From NCBI RefSeq assembly GCF_000150275.1, contig NW_002060948.1, forward strand, positions 1,325,983-1,389,982: DNA of 64,000 nucleotides. Direction: 5' to 3'. Positions within the stretch are counted from its first letter, which is position 1. Every line of letters starts with the position of its first letter. Both the position numbers and the translations under genes were made by a program. The notes under the pieces are model-generated. The model was not told the origin of the DNA. It made no database searches and saw only the letters and a program-made list of their open reading frames with translations. Below are positions 39,131 to 53,300 of the stretch, one piece after another. This DNA comes from Trichoplax adhaerens (taxonomy: Eukaryota > Animalia > Placozoa).

Positions 39131-42100
39131 TAGAAGTGATTACCAAATCACTTAGCCGGAGTAAATTGACTGATATTATCTTGACTATATAAAATAACTA
39201 ATTATGAAAGAAACAAGTCGAATTCTTTCTTTGACAACTGAAATATGCATCCAAAGAATCAATAATCAGATTAATCGAGCACGATATTTCCATTTTAGAT
39301 ATCTATTCTATACTTTTACAAGGCCTGCTATCGTTATCTTTAACTAGGCTTATAATTAATTCAACGTAATCTTATTTTTCTCGGTAAGACTTCATATATT
39401 AAGATTTACTTTGGAATGTCTAAGATAAAATAGTAGAGAGAATACTCCTAGCTAGATTGTGCTTACCGACATAGAATTATCAGAAGAGATAATCTTACTG
39501 TGTTCTATAACTATGTCTAATAATAGTTATTGTATATCGTAATTAAGTTAACTTCGTTCCTTGGGAATTTTTACCAGTGATTGATTAAATTAACAGTGAT
39601 TATTGTTAGCTAATAAGCGTTTCCAATCGTTAATAAATAAGCTATCCAAATTAAAAACAATAAAATTTCCTTTAGCAAGTAAACAATTTCTGTAACTATT
39701 TTCATCTTGTATCAGTAAATCTGTAATAGATGGATATTGTTTGTTCTTACTTGGTATGCCAATACTTTCTTACCTTTCTATTTATTAACTGGTTAAAATA
39801 AAATTCAATCAAGAAATTAATGAAATGTGTAAATAAAAGCATAAAAAATTAGAATTTGAATACATGCTGCAGTAATAGAAAATGGCGGTGATACTGTATT
39901 ACTCTATTAACCTAATGCAAAGTTGAAAAAATTATGATTCGAATGGCAGACTTTTAATAAAAATTTAATCAATCATTAGTAAATATTATCATAATGGTAC
40001 GTAATAATAATCCGCAGAGGCGGAATCTTATCTTATTTTGACGATGAATTTTTAATGTTTATGAATTGATTTTGTAATAGAATGATCGATCGTTGTAATA
40101 TATACAATTCCCAGTTGCTAAGATAGTAAGATTGACTACTAAATAATAGCCTTGTAGTGCTGGTAGATCGAGTTTTGATTCTTCTTAACAATTGTAATCT
40201 TTTAATTAAGTGTGGCCACATAGTAATCAAGATAATATACGGTATAAATCTTAGTCTCGAGTATATTTACGAAGCTCAAGTTTGCGTTCAAGATGGAAAA
40301 TTATCGCTTACGTATCATATCAATTCTTATAGCATTCACATTCACGCTCAGATAGTTATTAATTGAAATTTTTTATCTAGTGTAGTATGACAACGCTGTT
40401 AGCTATTATTCTTGATATTCATTCACCACTTCCGAATTATTTCAAATAACCCACATTGGCGAAAGAAGTGAAGAACCTAATTTATAGTAATCAATTAAGA
40501 TAAGTATAACTAGAGTTAGTATAGCATTAATAATTTACGTCATGATGACATCAATATGGAAAAATTATTATAATGATATAATCATAAACTGTTGATGACG
40601 GCTATAAAATAAATGAGAAGATAATCAAATCTTAAATGACTCTTGAATAGGATTGCTTCTAAATATAAATCATAATTGTTCAGTGACGTTGAGTCTACTA
40701 TCGAGCAGATGTTATCTTATTAAAAGGGCTGAAATTAAACTTTATGGTAAGTATCTTTGCTAATACATTACTAGACTAGTCTATTGGAAATGGGGTGTCT
40801 ACAGGAGATGGCTGTTTTTGGGCCGGAAATGGCATAGAATAAATCTTATACCATCTCAATCAACAATCAAATAGAAATGGTGACAATTACCGAATATATT
40901 ATCTTATGATATGTTCATTTTAAGAAGTAAATCTTAAATTATAGAGAAAAATCCAGTCAGCTTTTGCCTGAATAAAGAATGTATTATTTACGTTATCGAA
41001 ATCAAAACATATCCAACATAAAATTCAATCCAAAATCAAATTAGAGAAAGATCAAGTCAGTTTATATTTGAATAAATAGTGTGTTATGCATATTATTCAG
41101 ATCAAAACAAGTCTACATATGCCGGCAATTATCTTAATAAATAGCATCAAATTTCTTTTCAATCATTATGCTATAGACAGTATTTTAAATATTTTACACA
41201 ATAAGATTAAATAAAATGGTTAGGCTAGGAGAATAGAAAATTATTATTGTTATATACATATACACACACTCGATAGATATTAAAAATTGAAAATTGCTGA
41301 TTGATCTATTGTAGGGATTTAGCCCAGAGCTGATGAAAGAGAATATTAGATTTCCTTCTTCAGATAAAGAATTAAAATGAAAATGAAATAATTAATTGGA
41401 AGCATAAGAGATATTCCGTTACAATAAATATACCAGCATTAATATTATTGGCTAGTGAATATCATTAGTGTCGTTAGAAATGAATTTAGAAATCGAAAGA
41501 AAAAAAATGTGTACTATATAATATCTTGACTAATATAGTTATAAGTTAAAAAATTGCTGGATAATAAAAATATCGATATTATCCAAAATAGACCTTCAAA
41601 CCTAAGGCAGACATTTATAAACAGTATTACAACAACATAGACCAGCGCAATTTTGGATCACAACATGATTTTTGCAATTTAAAATCTTAATAGTCATTAT
41701 CAATATTATCCAAAACGTGCCTTAAAGTCTGGGGAAATAAATAATATTACTTGAACTAATATAATTATAAATTAGATAATCATTGAAAACGAATCTTGAA
41801 AATGGAGAAAAATATAGATTGTGCAGATCAATGAGACGAACGTAATTATAAAATAGAGAATCATTCTCTGTTATTTGATAATCAATATATCGAATTGATC
41901 TAAAATGAATCTTAAAATCAAAGGAAGACATACGGCGCAATATAATATACTAATACAATTGTAGGTCAAGAATCGCTTTCTATAAAGAAGTGATTTATTT
42001 GTTATGGTAACATTAACTTGATTATATAATAATTAATATGCCACATGGAAATTTACACGCCAATTATTATTGATCATAGCTTATAATTACATCCTATCAG

Positions 42101-44307
42101 GCAGATCTATTATCGCAATATGAATCAAGCTGAGCTATAAAGGTAATAATGTATAGATAAAATTATATTTGCTGCTAGATAATGACATAACCAAATATTT
42201 GGCAAGTATCTATAATATGTCTCCTTGCTACTTGATCAATTTATTTTATTCAATCCCTTGCCATACCGAGGCAGAATAGCTAAACAATACTTTTTAAATA
42301 GTAACTATAACTATATCCTACTCTATTATAAAGCAAATTGATTCATTTGGAAACGATAATTAGACTAGCCATGATGTAGCCCTGTTCACAGTCCATGATA
42401 GCAATATGTATTAGTTTCAGTTAATTACAGTAGTAATTGAAGTACGGTAGCATTAAGAAGTAAAATAGTCTACTATGCTTATGATCTTGTGCCAAATTAG
42501 ATATTTACTCAACTTTAATAACTCAGATTATGAGTTAGACGATTGCGAACCTAAGGGGTTGTAAACCCGAGCACTAAACAACGGTAATCCGTTATCAGTA
42601 TACCATTAAGTTATAATGGGGGAATATCGAAATAGGACAAAGAAAAACAATCTAAACGCAAATAAAATTTACTAAACACAAATAAAATTTACTAAAGACC
42701 ATCTATATGTAGCCATTATCTAGTCTTAATTATTGTTTATAACACCTGTATAGCCATCTATTTTCTCAACTGACTCAACCGTCATCGGCATTTTGCAGAA
42801 GTACGTAAATTCGTTAAAACATTATTCCTAATACTCCAAATGAACCGAAAACGAAATTTTAGTACACCTATAAAATTTATGAGAAGGGTATTAACTTGAA
42901 AACCAATACAAATCAATCAAAGGGAATAAACATCATTCGTATTTAACTTCTGCCCTAAGGCTTCATCATTGAACAATGCCGACGCAAAATGCAATAATGC
43001 CTTGCTTGATCAATGGTTAATTTACCTCACCAGTAGAACGAGATTATTTACAATCTTCTATCTATTCTTGTCAAGCTATACTTTTTATCAGCAATTATAA
43101 AGGACTTGAGCTTTGAAATAGAGATAGAATGGCCATAAGCATTAAGAAAAGCAATTTCAACAAGATAAAAAACATACGTACGTAAGATGATCATAATAGA
43201 TGCATTAATTCGCAGTAGGAAATGTCCCAGCATGACAACACGTTACAAATTAAACTGTATACAGGAATTATGGTTCGGGGATTGTTATTCTAATGAGGCT
43301 AATTCAACAGACTTATTGTCTGTTCGATTCAAATAAGAACTAGAAAATATCAGGACATCGCGAATAAGATAGAGAAAGGGAAAGCAATTCTAAGTATAAT
43401 TTTTTTTAATCAAAGATCCAAAAGGTAGACCGCTGTGATTAGGATAATTTTACTCATATACTATCATTTCTCGCTTTCCTATAAATTTGCTAAAGCCTAT
43501 CGGGATTTTAAGTGTTTCATCCTACCAATAAACGGGTTGCTACCGATACTAAATTGCATCAACTGGTTTAAATTATCATCTTTGTCAATGTAATATTACT
43601 GCTTTCTGTCTCTTAAATTAATTATATGATATCTTTATTTCATAGAGTATTCATCGGCAGTGGAATAAACTCTTATTTACAGCATCATTAACATATCGTT
43701 GCCAAATCAACTCTTTTTTACTGAATCTGCTACCTCTGCGTAAAACTACCGTAAAACACTTAAATCATTATTTTCATTAAGATATAATTTTTCTTTTCTT
43801 TCATTGTTTTAGCAATGTCTTTCTTTTAGTATGCTATCGCCGTTCCCTAAAGAAGATTTTCCCTTCTACCTACCTGATGATACGTAATATTTAAATTAAT
43901 TCTACAAATATTGTTTTGTTATTGCTCTTTTCTTTCAGTAGATGAGAAATCCAACATGTGACATTTAAGTTAATTGTCTTTAATAGAATAGATTCGCCAT
44001 GATTATATAAATCAAGAGTATGAACAGCAGCTTTGTTTCTATTTTGTTGCAATCCTTAATGGATTATAAACTACATTTATTGTTTATTATGTAGCACATA
44101 ACAACAATAATATTTAGACGCATCCAACAGCATTCGTGAAGTTAAAATATAGAGCAATGAATGGCATCAATGTGTTAAGCCGATCGTTACAAGGCATACC
44201 GCATCATGAGTGTTTCTAATTGTAATCGTCAAGTTGTGCGTAACTGTAGTAAAGGTTGCGGTAAATTCAATCAGTATAGATATTTCTACATAGTCAACTT
44301 ACGGTAT

Positions 44308-44810
44308 CTTAGGATAAATATCTGACAGTAATTTTGTATGAACAGTATGCTTTCTATAATGCTATGTATGGTAAGTATCTAAGGAAATTATACTTGGAAA
44401 TTAAATAGTCAAGTAATGGCATGATTGCCTACGTTAATAAAATGATTATTTTATGACAGTGTTTAACGATTCTACGTTGTTAGATAGGAATATAGGATGC
44501 TCGTATTACTCTAGTAATATATATAAACAATTCTAAATAGTGACAATGGCCTTTAACTGGATCTAGGATAAACATTTGACAGCTATTTCGCAAATAGTAT
44601 GCATTCTATATTGCCATGTATAGTAAGTGTCTAAGGAAATTACATTTAAAAATTAAATAGTCAAGTTATGGCACGATGGCCTATGGCATCAAAATAATTG
44701 CTTTACGATAGCATTTAACGATTCTACGCTATAAGATAGGAATATAGGATGCTCTTATTACTCTCTAGCAGTATAAACTATTTTAAATAGTAATAATGCG
44801 CTTTTACTAG
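44308..44810. repeat. Diverged tandem duplication (~254 bp period, 2 copies)
   Basis: TAGGATAAA...TCTAAGGAAATTA...AAATTAAATAGTCAAGT.ATGGCA...TTTAACGATTCTACG...AGATAGGAATATAGGATGCTC.TATTACTCT repeated. Confidence 0.9.
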
Positions 44811-47364
44811 AAGTTTGATAGACTCCTTGATAAAATTACTATAAAGAGGATGTGGTTACCATTATTCAATTTGAAATATCTCTAATATGACAGACTTATT
44901 GTGAAGTGGAATGTAGGTATAAATATGCTAGAAAGCTCGATCAAAAGTAAATAGATCAATATTATAGTGCGATAGCCTACACGAATAAAGTGATTATTTT
45001 AAGATGTTATTTAATGAAACCGGGGCAGGGATTGGAATACAGTATGTCGCTGTAACATGTACCGTTTTAGTAAATTGTAATTTATTCCGAGTAAAAGGTA
45101 ATTCATTTTCATGGTTAAGTTATGGCCATCAGACATTTTACTAGTGTTAATAACACAAGGTGAGAGTATGGATCTAAAAGCTTCATATAACGTGAGAATT
45201 AGCAACGATAACAAACGACAATACTTTACGAACTCATGGATTATTGTTTCTACGAATTACTACAATATTTATAAGACTAATCTCAAGCAATTTATGGGCT
45301 TAATATTTGCTAGCACACCCTTCACTCCTAATACTTGCCTAGTCTATACTTGCGCTTCTTACTTTAGTATGTACTGAAAAGTACACACATGGATAAAATT
45401 ATTTTAATATAATAGATTTCACATACGTCTATTATACTTGCCTATACGAAATACTATAAATACGGTACCAAAGTATTGCACTTATCAGAAAGTAAATTAC
45501 GAATCTGTTCGATTGATATTATATCTTATTTAATAGTTAATTACAGTAGCAAATTAGGATAGTATATAACACTTAAAGTAGTACTTTATTCTATTTCTAT
45601 CGTTATCAGGTTATAGTTGTTATAATGTCAGTAATTGAAGTTATTAGTTAGAAATCGATATCCATATACCTGCATAATGATTTAAACTATAAATATTTGC
45701 TAGAATAATCCTGTTACTTTGCTGACAGTGATCTTGTAGTTCATTCTTTCATTCATTCCCTACAACCTCATACTAGCCCAATTTCTACAGTGAAATTCTA
45801 CTAGAACTGAAAAATTAGTAAATTTTAGCTAGCAATTCCATAAATAGATTGCTTTTCTATTTTTGTGTTTTCGTCAGGCAATATCGATCTGAATTTTCCA
45901 GTTGTTCGGTTCAATAAAAAAATGATACAATCTATGATAGATTCGCTACTAGAGTATTCAACCAGAAGTCACCACGTAGTCTTGGTACTGAAGGACATTG
46001 AGAGTAATTCATAGCAATTTTACGGATTTATATACTTGATAAGTTTTACTCCCTTCTAGACATAAAGCACGGTATCGGTTAAACTGGTGATTAAATCAGG
46101 TTTGACAAGCAACCTATTTGATGGCAGATACAGTCGTATAATTTTCGCTCGGCTATTGCATCCAATGATAGTTCTAAAATTCAAGATTATAATTGAATTA
46201 TTGTAAACTTATGGGAAACTAATTGCAATACCATACCATCAAAAAACTGATAATCGAATTGTAACATTATTTATATGAAAACTTATGTTGAGCGGTTTTA
46301 GTTTATTTTACCCCATGACAGACACAACGTCCAATAGAAATATGAATTAGTTAAATAATCGTAGAAGCAGTTAATACATGTGCGTCATCATTAATAACAA
46401 GAGATTTAATACCTTCAAAATTATTAATATAATATTGATAATATTATATTTAACACTAAGGCTAAATTTATATATTACTGTTGATGAATAGCCGAATTAA
46501 AACATTTTATACATTAAAAAATAGCAAATTATGAAATCAATAACAATACCACGGTAAGAGTTTTAAGAATGTAATATTATTACAATTAATTAATAAAATA
46601 TCAGATAAAAATAAACTGGAGCAATCATGTCCATGCAATGTAACGTAACCTTTCTATCACTATACAGAATATATATATACAGTTGCAATATTTTGTAGTT
46701 ACTAACAATACGCAGTATAAATCCAGCTATTTCACCGTTATTATTACAATTTCATTTCTTGCAATACATTACTATTGACTTAACTTAGTTAACTATTAAA
46801 TACCTAACAGCACTAATAAGCTGTCATGGCTGGTTTCTAGCAACATAATTAAATAGAATATATTTAGGATTCATAAAATCTTAAATATAGAATTTTGCTT
46901 GTTACCAACATTATTGTTGTACAGTATATCTAAGGTATCGTTAATAAATCTTTTACGAAATGAAATCTGAAATACAGGTACTTTATGTAAGATCTCAATT
47001 ACTTACTCATATGCTACTACTCCGCATGGATCACTACTAATAATACTACTACTGACCTATTACTAAATCTCTGATGTAATGATATACGAACAGATTGAGC
47101 AAGTAAAATTTTTGCATTCTTGACATGATCCTATAATATTTCTCAATCCATTTAAAAATAACACAAAGCACTCCCTAGGATTTCTAAATTCTAGCATAAA
47201 ATAATCACAATAAAATAATACAGTTTCAGAAATGCAGCCGAATTAGAATACTAAGATATATTTGCCAACATTGGCTGCACTTAGGCAATAACATATACTG
47301 TAGAAAAATCCCTTTCGATATAGGAGGGTTAAAGTTGAAATGATAAGACTCCACACCATTTCCT

Positions 47365-50300
47365 TTACAAACACACCCAATCACTCTCATCGACGTCTAT
47401 CTCGTTATCTAATGAATGACGCAGAATGTCAATTTCACGACGAATTAATATTCCATCCTTATCAATACCCCACAATTCATCTAACGGCGTAGCAGAAACT
47501 CTGCTAACATTTCCAGGCACTTTTTTCCAATAATCACCAGCGATATTATTTGGCGTAATTCCATAGCGACAGATCAAGCTACCATCGGGACAAATGGCCC
47601 ATATAAACCGGTTACTGATAGTTAGGGCCACAGCTGAAGCTCCTATTTTAACATACATAAATGACTGCTGTATTACAGAACTCTAGTTATAACTATCATA
47701 ATAAATGATAACATATTAAAATTGATTACAAATCAAATTTAGGATCGATAATTCTTACCTTGCACTTGCTCCCATGATTCTCCTATCGGAAATTCAGGTC
47801 GAATGCCAGTACGTACATAAATATTATTCTTATTATCGCACGTCCATACCATCCAATCTCCAGGACTTGTGTATATTTGTACAAAATGACAGCTATGTGG
47901 CAATTGACTGTCAACTGGTATCCAAGCTGGTGTTGTAGAAATGGATGCTTGTAAATCAGCAACTCCAGTTCGATACCAAATACATCCATTAATATCAACG
48001 GCCCATACACTAAAAATTCCGCAAGAGACACTAACCATGGGGACATTGCCTAATTGAAAAAGATCCACGATATTCCATTCATCGCCTTGCCGATAGTGTT
48101 TCGTAATGTTCTTTCTTACTAATAATTTCCCATCTTTACTAATAGCCCAAACACCTTCAGCAGACGAACAGATTTCTTTAATCGAAATTGGTGCCTTAAT
48201 ATTACTTAGCCTATTTTGGCCTAGAAAGATAAATTTAAGAGTCAGTTATTTTAATATTATATCACTATTATTAAAATTTTGTTAATTAAAATGATATCAG
48301 TTTCATACGCGTGGTTTATTAATTCGATTATACCGTCAATTGTAAAAACTTCATCACTTTGTTGCACCACCCAAATTAGACCAGCATCATCGCCATAAGA
48401 TGATGCCGACACTAACTTAAAGGGAGTTGACTTTGCAACTCCAACAAGATTCGATGGTCCCCAAAATGTTCCAGTTAAATTTCCATGTGCAATATACATG
48501 TTATTATTATAGCTTAGGACACATAGGCCGGAACCAGGTGTACAGACAACAGCTTTCGCTTCATTCTTTTTGGCAAAAGTAGATATGATTGTATTTATTA
48601 TAGATGCTTCCTGGTTCACTTGATAGGTTCCAAAAGAAATTTGATACCATTTATTTTCGCCAAATGGATTTTCAGCCGTAACACCTTTACGATAGTAAAT
48701 GTCACCGTGGCAATCAATAACCCAAGCGAGTCGGCGTTTGAAGTCTTTCAAACTGATATAGGTTACCTTCAGGTTTGATAATTTTGCCCATGAATCGCCG
48801 ACGAGAACATCCGGTGTTACATTCAATCTTACCATGATGTAACCATTTCGATCAATTGCCCAAACAATATTATTGTTGCAAGCAACCATAACAACACCGG
48901 TTTTCGTGGGAACTCTATTCCATAAAACGCCACCAGGTTGTAAATCCGAAATACCTAGTCTAACAAGGCAAAGATGCTTTCGTGTAGCAGCCCATGCACA
49001 ACCATCACTAAGATCAAGTTGCGTAATTGAATCGATATCATCTGTTAAGAATGACCACGCCTTTCCAATTGGTACGCCTGGCCTAACAATTCCGGTCCGA
49101 TAACCCACTTTTCCACGACTTGTAACACACCAAATAGTGTCACCGCTAACGGAAGTAGCAATTTGAATAGCATTTCCATCTATTCTATGCCATGTACGAT
49201 TTGCAGCATCTGTGGGCATGTAGTAAATACGTTCACTTTTATCGCAACACCAAATCAAGCTATTTGATGACGTAATGTAATTCATAGGTGCGAAAGTTTG
49301 CTCCAGATAGTTTCCTCCTGGCCCAGGATATTCAGACCAAGTATCGGCAATAGAAGGAACTGAAGATGAAGCAATATTGTGTTCACTTTGCGGACTTTCC
49401 TTCGGCCTTGCGATAGCTGTATTTTCCTTATCCTCACGGGGGCTTCCAGCGCTGATAATATCAGGCTGCTGTTTTACACTTTCATCGCTTTTATCCTCCT
49501 TAACACTTGTATCAGTATTAATTGTTGCAGTACTCAGTATCACGTTGCTGCAATCATCTGCATCCAAAGTAATATTACGTTCTGGAGCTTCAGCTTCAGG
49601 GGAACTACGTGAATCTATGATATCGTAAGTATTAGCTATCGCATTATTCTCTGATAGATTATTATCTTCGGTCGATTCTTTCTTTATCGTAGCTAAATCT
49701 TCATCATGATCTTTGTTACATACTTTCGACTGTAATTCCTTATCAGAATGTGTCTTCATAACTTCTGTAGTACTTGCATTCTTATCGCAAGATAGGGGGT
49801 TTACTTCAGCGGTTATACAATAATTATCGTTGTTATCAACCATTTGAGAAACAACATCGATAGATAAATGAGAATCTGTATCTCGTTTATAGATTTCTTC
49901 ACGCGATGTAACATTATTTGTATTGCTGAAGTTAGATCCGTCAGGTTGAGCTAAGTTGCTAAGCTTTGATTCACTTTCTTTAATGTCAATTGGATTTAAT
50001 TCGTCATCATCTGTAGGCATGTTAACATCCATGATATCGCCTAACTGTTTAGTGGTATCATTCAAGTTGTATTCCTCCTCTTTTAAAATATCACTAACAC
50101 TGGTTTCCATTATTTGCAAATTTTTACTGATGTTGTTTAATTCTTCAGTTATACTTAAGGCAGAATTATCTACTGGCAAAACCGTTTCCTTTATCGTAAA
50201 ATCTTTTTGATTTTCATTTAGTTCTTTGCCCGCTACCTCATCGGTATCCGCTTTGTTATTATCGCCATGTTCTTCGTTATCCGTCGTTTCTGAAAATAAA

Positions 50301-53300
50301 GTCGCAGTTAAATGATGAGGTTCGACAATTGCAAGTCTGTTATTTGTTTACCACAGCTAATTAAAAGTAACAGCCTAACTTTAGCTAAATATGGCAGGTC
50401 GCCTTAATGTTAATGTTTGCGCTTTAAAAATTGCACTTATTACGTAATCAAGAATGATATAAGTTATAATCTATTTACCAGTTGGCTTTCGTTTTATATG
50501 TTTCTTCTTCTTCTTTCTGGTAGAATGGTGTATAACAACTTCCTCTTCGACATTATCTTGAGGTAGTGTTTGGCTAATATTTTGAGGGTATAAGTGAGTG
50601 TCCATATCTTTTGATAATGGAGGAACCACGACCGTGGTTGAATTGGCCTTAATATCATACGCGTATAAAAAAGTTAGCGATATTAAAGTATCTCTTCATA
50701 ATAACATACTAATAACAGCTTTTGATAGAGTTAACCGGCTAAATATAGATATTAGTAAATGAAAGTTGCAACTTACAAAGCCTTCAGTTGATTGCTCTTT
50801 TGATTTATGATGAGTAAATATAGAAGCAATTTTTTTCCCTATAGGAACATGTTCTTCCGTTATTCCAGAATCTTTGTCTTCAGGAATGTTACTGGTAGCA
50901 GGTGGTAAGATGGTATGTTCTTCCACAGGAGGAGGGGAGCGAGGTACTTTTAAATATGGCAAGTTATTGAAAAGAAATATTAACGTAAATAATGCAACAG
51001 TAAATTTGTCTTATATTATCAATTGCAAAGACTTAAAATACGTGTATTTTAGTTTCCATTACCCACAGAAACGGAAGATGCCAGAGAAAGCTTTAACAAC
51101 GGTTTTTCATTTCCAATTCGCAATAAGTATATATCTGTGTCCGTTAAAGCTACATCAATGATGTTTCCGACATCAATACTACCACCAACAATGACTTGTT
51201 TTAGGGGGTCGATGATCCATAAATAGTGACTATACCAGATACATAGATACTGATTGTTGAATTTACGAACGAGCCCAAATTGTAAATTCTGCGTTATAGG
51301 ATTTTAATGATGTTTTATGGTTAAAATGATACTTGTAGTGAAATTTTCTATTACAGTGATTCAAAGCAAATACTATTAGGTAATGTTACAACCTCTTCGT
51401 AATCAGTACTGGTCGGTAAGGAAAAACAACCCAGCATTGCAATTGGTGGATACATTCCTTTTATAATTGCGTCTTTAAATATCATGGTTGTTTGGACTTT
51501 TCCTTGAACATCTGCCTTCCATAATCGTAGACCTGGTCTACATGCATAGATACTGATTTGATCATCATTGGTCCATAAACATGCGCCTACATCTGCGGGT
51601 CTAAAATTATTAATTGCTCACTTTAACAAGTATAAAGATCGTTGAATTTGCAAATTTTGGGTCGTGTGTAATGAATGATAATTATCTTCATTAAAAATAA
51701 AAATAATATTTACGATTTTCGAGGTTTTGAACCAACTTGCTGTATGACAATTTCCTTTGATTTGGGATCACAATTACAAATGAAGCATTTCATCTTTGAT
51801 GAAACGACTAAGTAATTGTTTAAGAAATCAAGCTGACAGATTCCGGAATCTTCATGAATTAGGACACTAGATCTCAGTTGTCGCTAGAACACAGCAAAAT
51901 TCATTTTAAAAAAGTTTTAAAATATAGCACAACATCTTCAAATTCGTATAGTAAGTATCTTTACCTGTTCAAAATCGATCAAAGTGACAGATACTTTCCC
52001 CGAGGCGTCACCGGTAAAAAGTCGCTTGCCGTTTGGAGACCATATCATGCATTTTATATTTGCAACATGGCTAGATTCAATCGATTTCTTTACAAGCTGA
52101 AACAATTTTTTTTGAGTATTATTGATTTAATTCTGAGCTAATTATGTTGTACAATCGACTAAAATTCTACTTTTTATATTTTATGGATTTATTAAAAATT
52201 GTTGAAGGTATTGAAATTGAATTGTTGGACAGACCATAGACAATGTTTACTAGTATAATATTTAGCATAAATATTGCTATTAACCTCCGTAACATTATCT
52301 CTAGATATCCGTAACTTGAACACTACCAACGTTCCTTTGTTACTACCGCAAGCTAGGTAATCATGAGAATTTTGCATGGCAAGACAAGTAATTTCATGCT
52401 TTCGGTTCTGATTAAAGATAATGCCAATGTATAATTAATAAAAGTCAACGTTATGACCATCAATAGCAGTTATAAGCATCCTACACGGGAATCGTTACGC
52501 ATTTCAAATCAAAGGTAATATCAGCTTGGTATGCCGTAGATATTCATCTGTTAATAACTGTATAACAAGTATGCATCATACATAATGTACCTCAGCATGG
52601 ATCTTAGCCAAGACGCCGTAAAATTTCTCTAGGACGTAGATAACACCTAAGTTAGTTCCTATGAAAATGAAACTATCTTTGGCTGTAACTGAGGTTACAT
52701 GTTGCTGGTATGAGATCAGGCCACTGATAGCCTTTTTAGGTATCAATTGCAGTAGTTCGTCCAATGGCTCTAACTCCGACATTATAACATCGCGCCCTGG
52801 AACTAAGCCTATGTAATTAAGGTAACATCTTTTTATTACGTGCGAGAATAAATATTGGCTACTGCTAGTTACATTATCTTACCACACAATCCAAAAATTG
52901 TTACAATTTTACTTTATGAGATTTGAAAGTCATCATACTATGCTAGGAAAGAAAGAGACTAACAATTCTACTATATCGGTATGTCTACGTGAATTTGGGT
53001 TACTGAAATAATTATTATACTAGTGTGAATACAATCTATGCGTGTTAAGTCAGTATCAGATTTGGAGGCTTAAAGGTTTTATGTCATGGAATTGTTAGCC
53101 AAGTGTGAATGATCATGATTGTGTACTGTATAGAGTAAAGCATACGCGTAAAATATTTAAGATTGCAAAATATGTCGATCCAAATTAAATAAAATTATGA
53201 TAGTAGCGTACGCGTATATCCTATTTTCATGATGAATTTCTCTTTTCATCACTTTATTAGAAGGATAGCGTATTCATTTGTGTTGTCTCATTGGTAACGG

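Noticed and set aside
33000-47300. Scattered 60-90 aa ORFs in the gene desert
   Set aside because: AT-biased composition, no recognisable domains, no chain of in-phase exons.
48873-50210. Plus-strand ORFs of 76-84 aa
   Set aside because: Antisense shadows of the large TECPR2 exon.
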